From the NCBI RefSeq assembly GCF_009914755.1, contig NC_060925.1: a stretch of DNA of 64,000 nucleotides, one strand, 5' to 3'. This DNA is from the human T2T-CHM13v2.0 reference genome, Homo sapiens. The notes beneath the pieces were generated by a model. It did not search any database, was not told the DNA's origin, and saw only the letters and a program-made list of their open reading frames with translations. The position numbers and the translations under genes are program-made. Of the stretch, positions 63,346-64,000 are shown piece by piece. Every line of letters starts with the position of its first letter. Positions within the stretch are counted from its first letter, which is position 1.

Positions 63346-63733
63346 TGTTTTTGTCTGCTAGCGTTGACATAACAATATAACACAGACTGGGTAGTATAAA
63401 CAACAGAAATTTATTTTTCTCACAGTTAGGAGGCTGAAAGTCCAGGATGAAGGTACTGGCAGGGGTAGTTCCTTCTGAGGCCCTTGTCCTTGGCTTGCAG
63501 GCAGCTGCCTTCTCCCTGTGTCCTCTCATGGCCCTTTCTCTGTGTATGCATGTCACTTGTTTCTTCTACTTCTTGTAAGGACACCAGTCCTGTAGGATCA
63601 GGGCTCCATCCTTATGATTTCATTTAACCTAATTAACACCTTAAAGGCCTCATCTCCAAATATAGTCACATTGGAGGTTAGGGCATCAACATATGAATTT
63701 TGAAGCCCTGTAGACACAATTCAGTCCGTAAAA
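63346..63733 (-). mobile_element. MLT1B-like solo LTR
   Basis: ACAACAGAAATTTATT..TCTCACAGTT..GGAGGCT...GTCACATTGGAGGTTAGGG..CAACATATGAATTTT..ACACAATTCAGTCC; TSD ACACC at 63341-45 and 63734-38. Confidence 0.85.
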
Positions 63734-64000
63734 ACACCACCTAAGTGAAAATTTCAAATAGACATTTGGGTAGAAGTCTGGAACTCAGGGGAGCCATGTG
63801 GACTGAGGACAGACATTGAGAAGATGCCAATACACAATTATTATTTTAAGCCATGAGCCTAGTTGAAATCACCTGTGGAGAAAGTACAGAAGAAAAAGAG
63901 AAGAGGGCTTGAGGAACACGAGCATTTAGAGACAGTCTCCAAAACATGGTGTTTAATCATTTAGTGGCTCATGGCTTCAGTCTCTGCTCTAACCCTGAAC

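Larger units (their letters stand above)
56885..63960 (-). mobile_element. L2 element split by the HERV9 provirus and an MLT1 LTR
   Basis: L2 antisense 3' end at ~56885 (AATGTATTGAGT..GTGTCAAGTACTAGGGG); L2-like sequence resumes after each insertion (63285-63345 and 63734 onward). Confidence 0.6.

Overview
Human (or very close great-ape) genomic DNA, recognisable as the CRYZ/TYW3 head-to-head locus on chr1p31. The first ~23 kb is repeat-rich intergenic DNA. CRYZ (zeta-crystallin, NADPH:quinone reductase) is complete on the minus strand: non-coding exon 1 at ~50.6 kb and 8 coding exons from 42502 to 23979, giving 329 aa with Val at residue 176. TYW3 (wybutosine synthesis methyltransferase) starts on the plus strand at 50886; exons 1-3 are in the window. 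TYW3 intron 3 holds an internally deleted HERV9/LTR12 provirus (57674-63284, antisense, 4-bp TSD GAAG). CRYZ intron 1 holds a full THE1 element and a GC-rich VNTR. I see no new gene system. The most interesting unexplained structures are: (i) the VNTR, a 150-bp higher-order repeat of three monomers, each carrying a polypyrimidine-AG|GT (recursive-splice-like) site in CRYZ sense; (ii) a triplicated tRNA-Arg primer-binding site in the provirus, whose LTRs differ reciprocally in repeat number; (iii) an LTR12 promoter plus intact viral splice donor pointing at CRYZ exon 2; (iv) a ~90-bp local duplication bracketing the in-frame TYW3 exon 3; (v) two upstream ATGs in front of a weak-context TYW3 start. 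Repeat subfamily names and boundaries were assigned by eye from remembered consensus sequences and are approximate.
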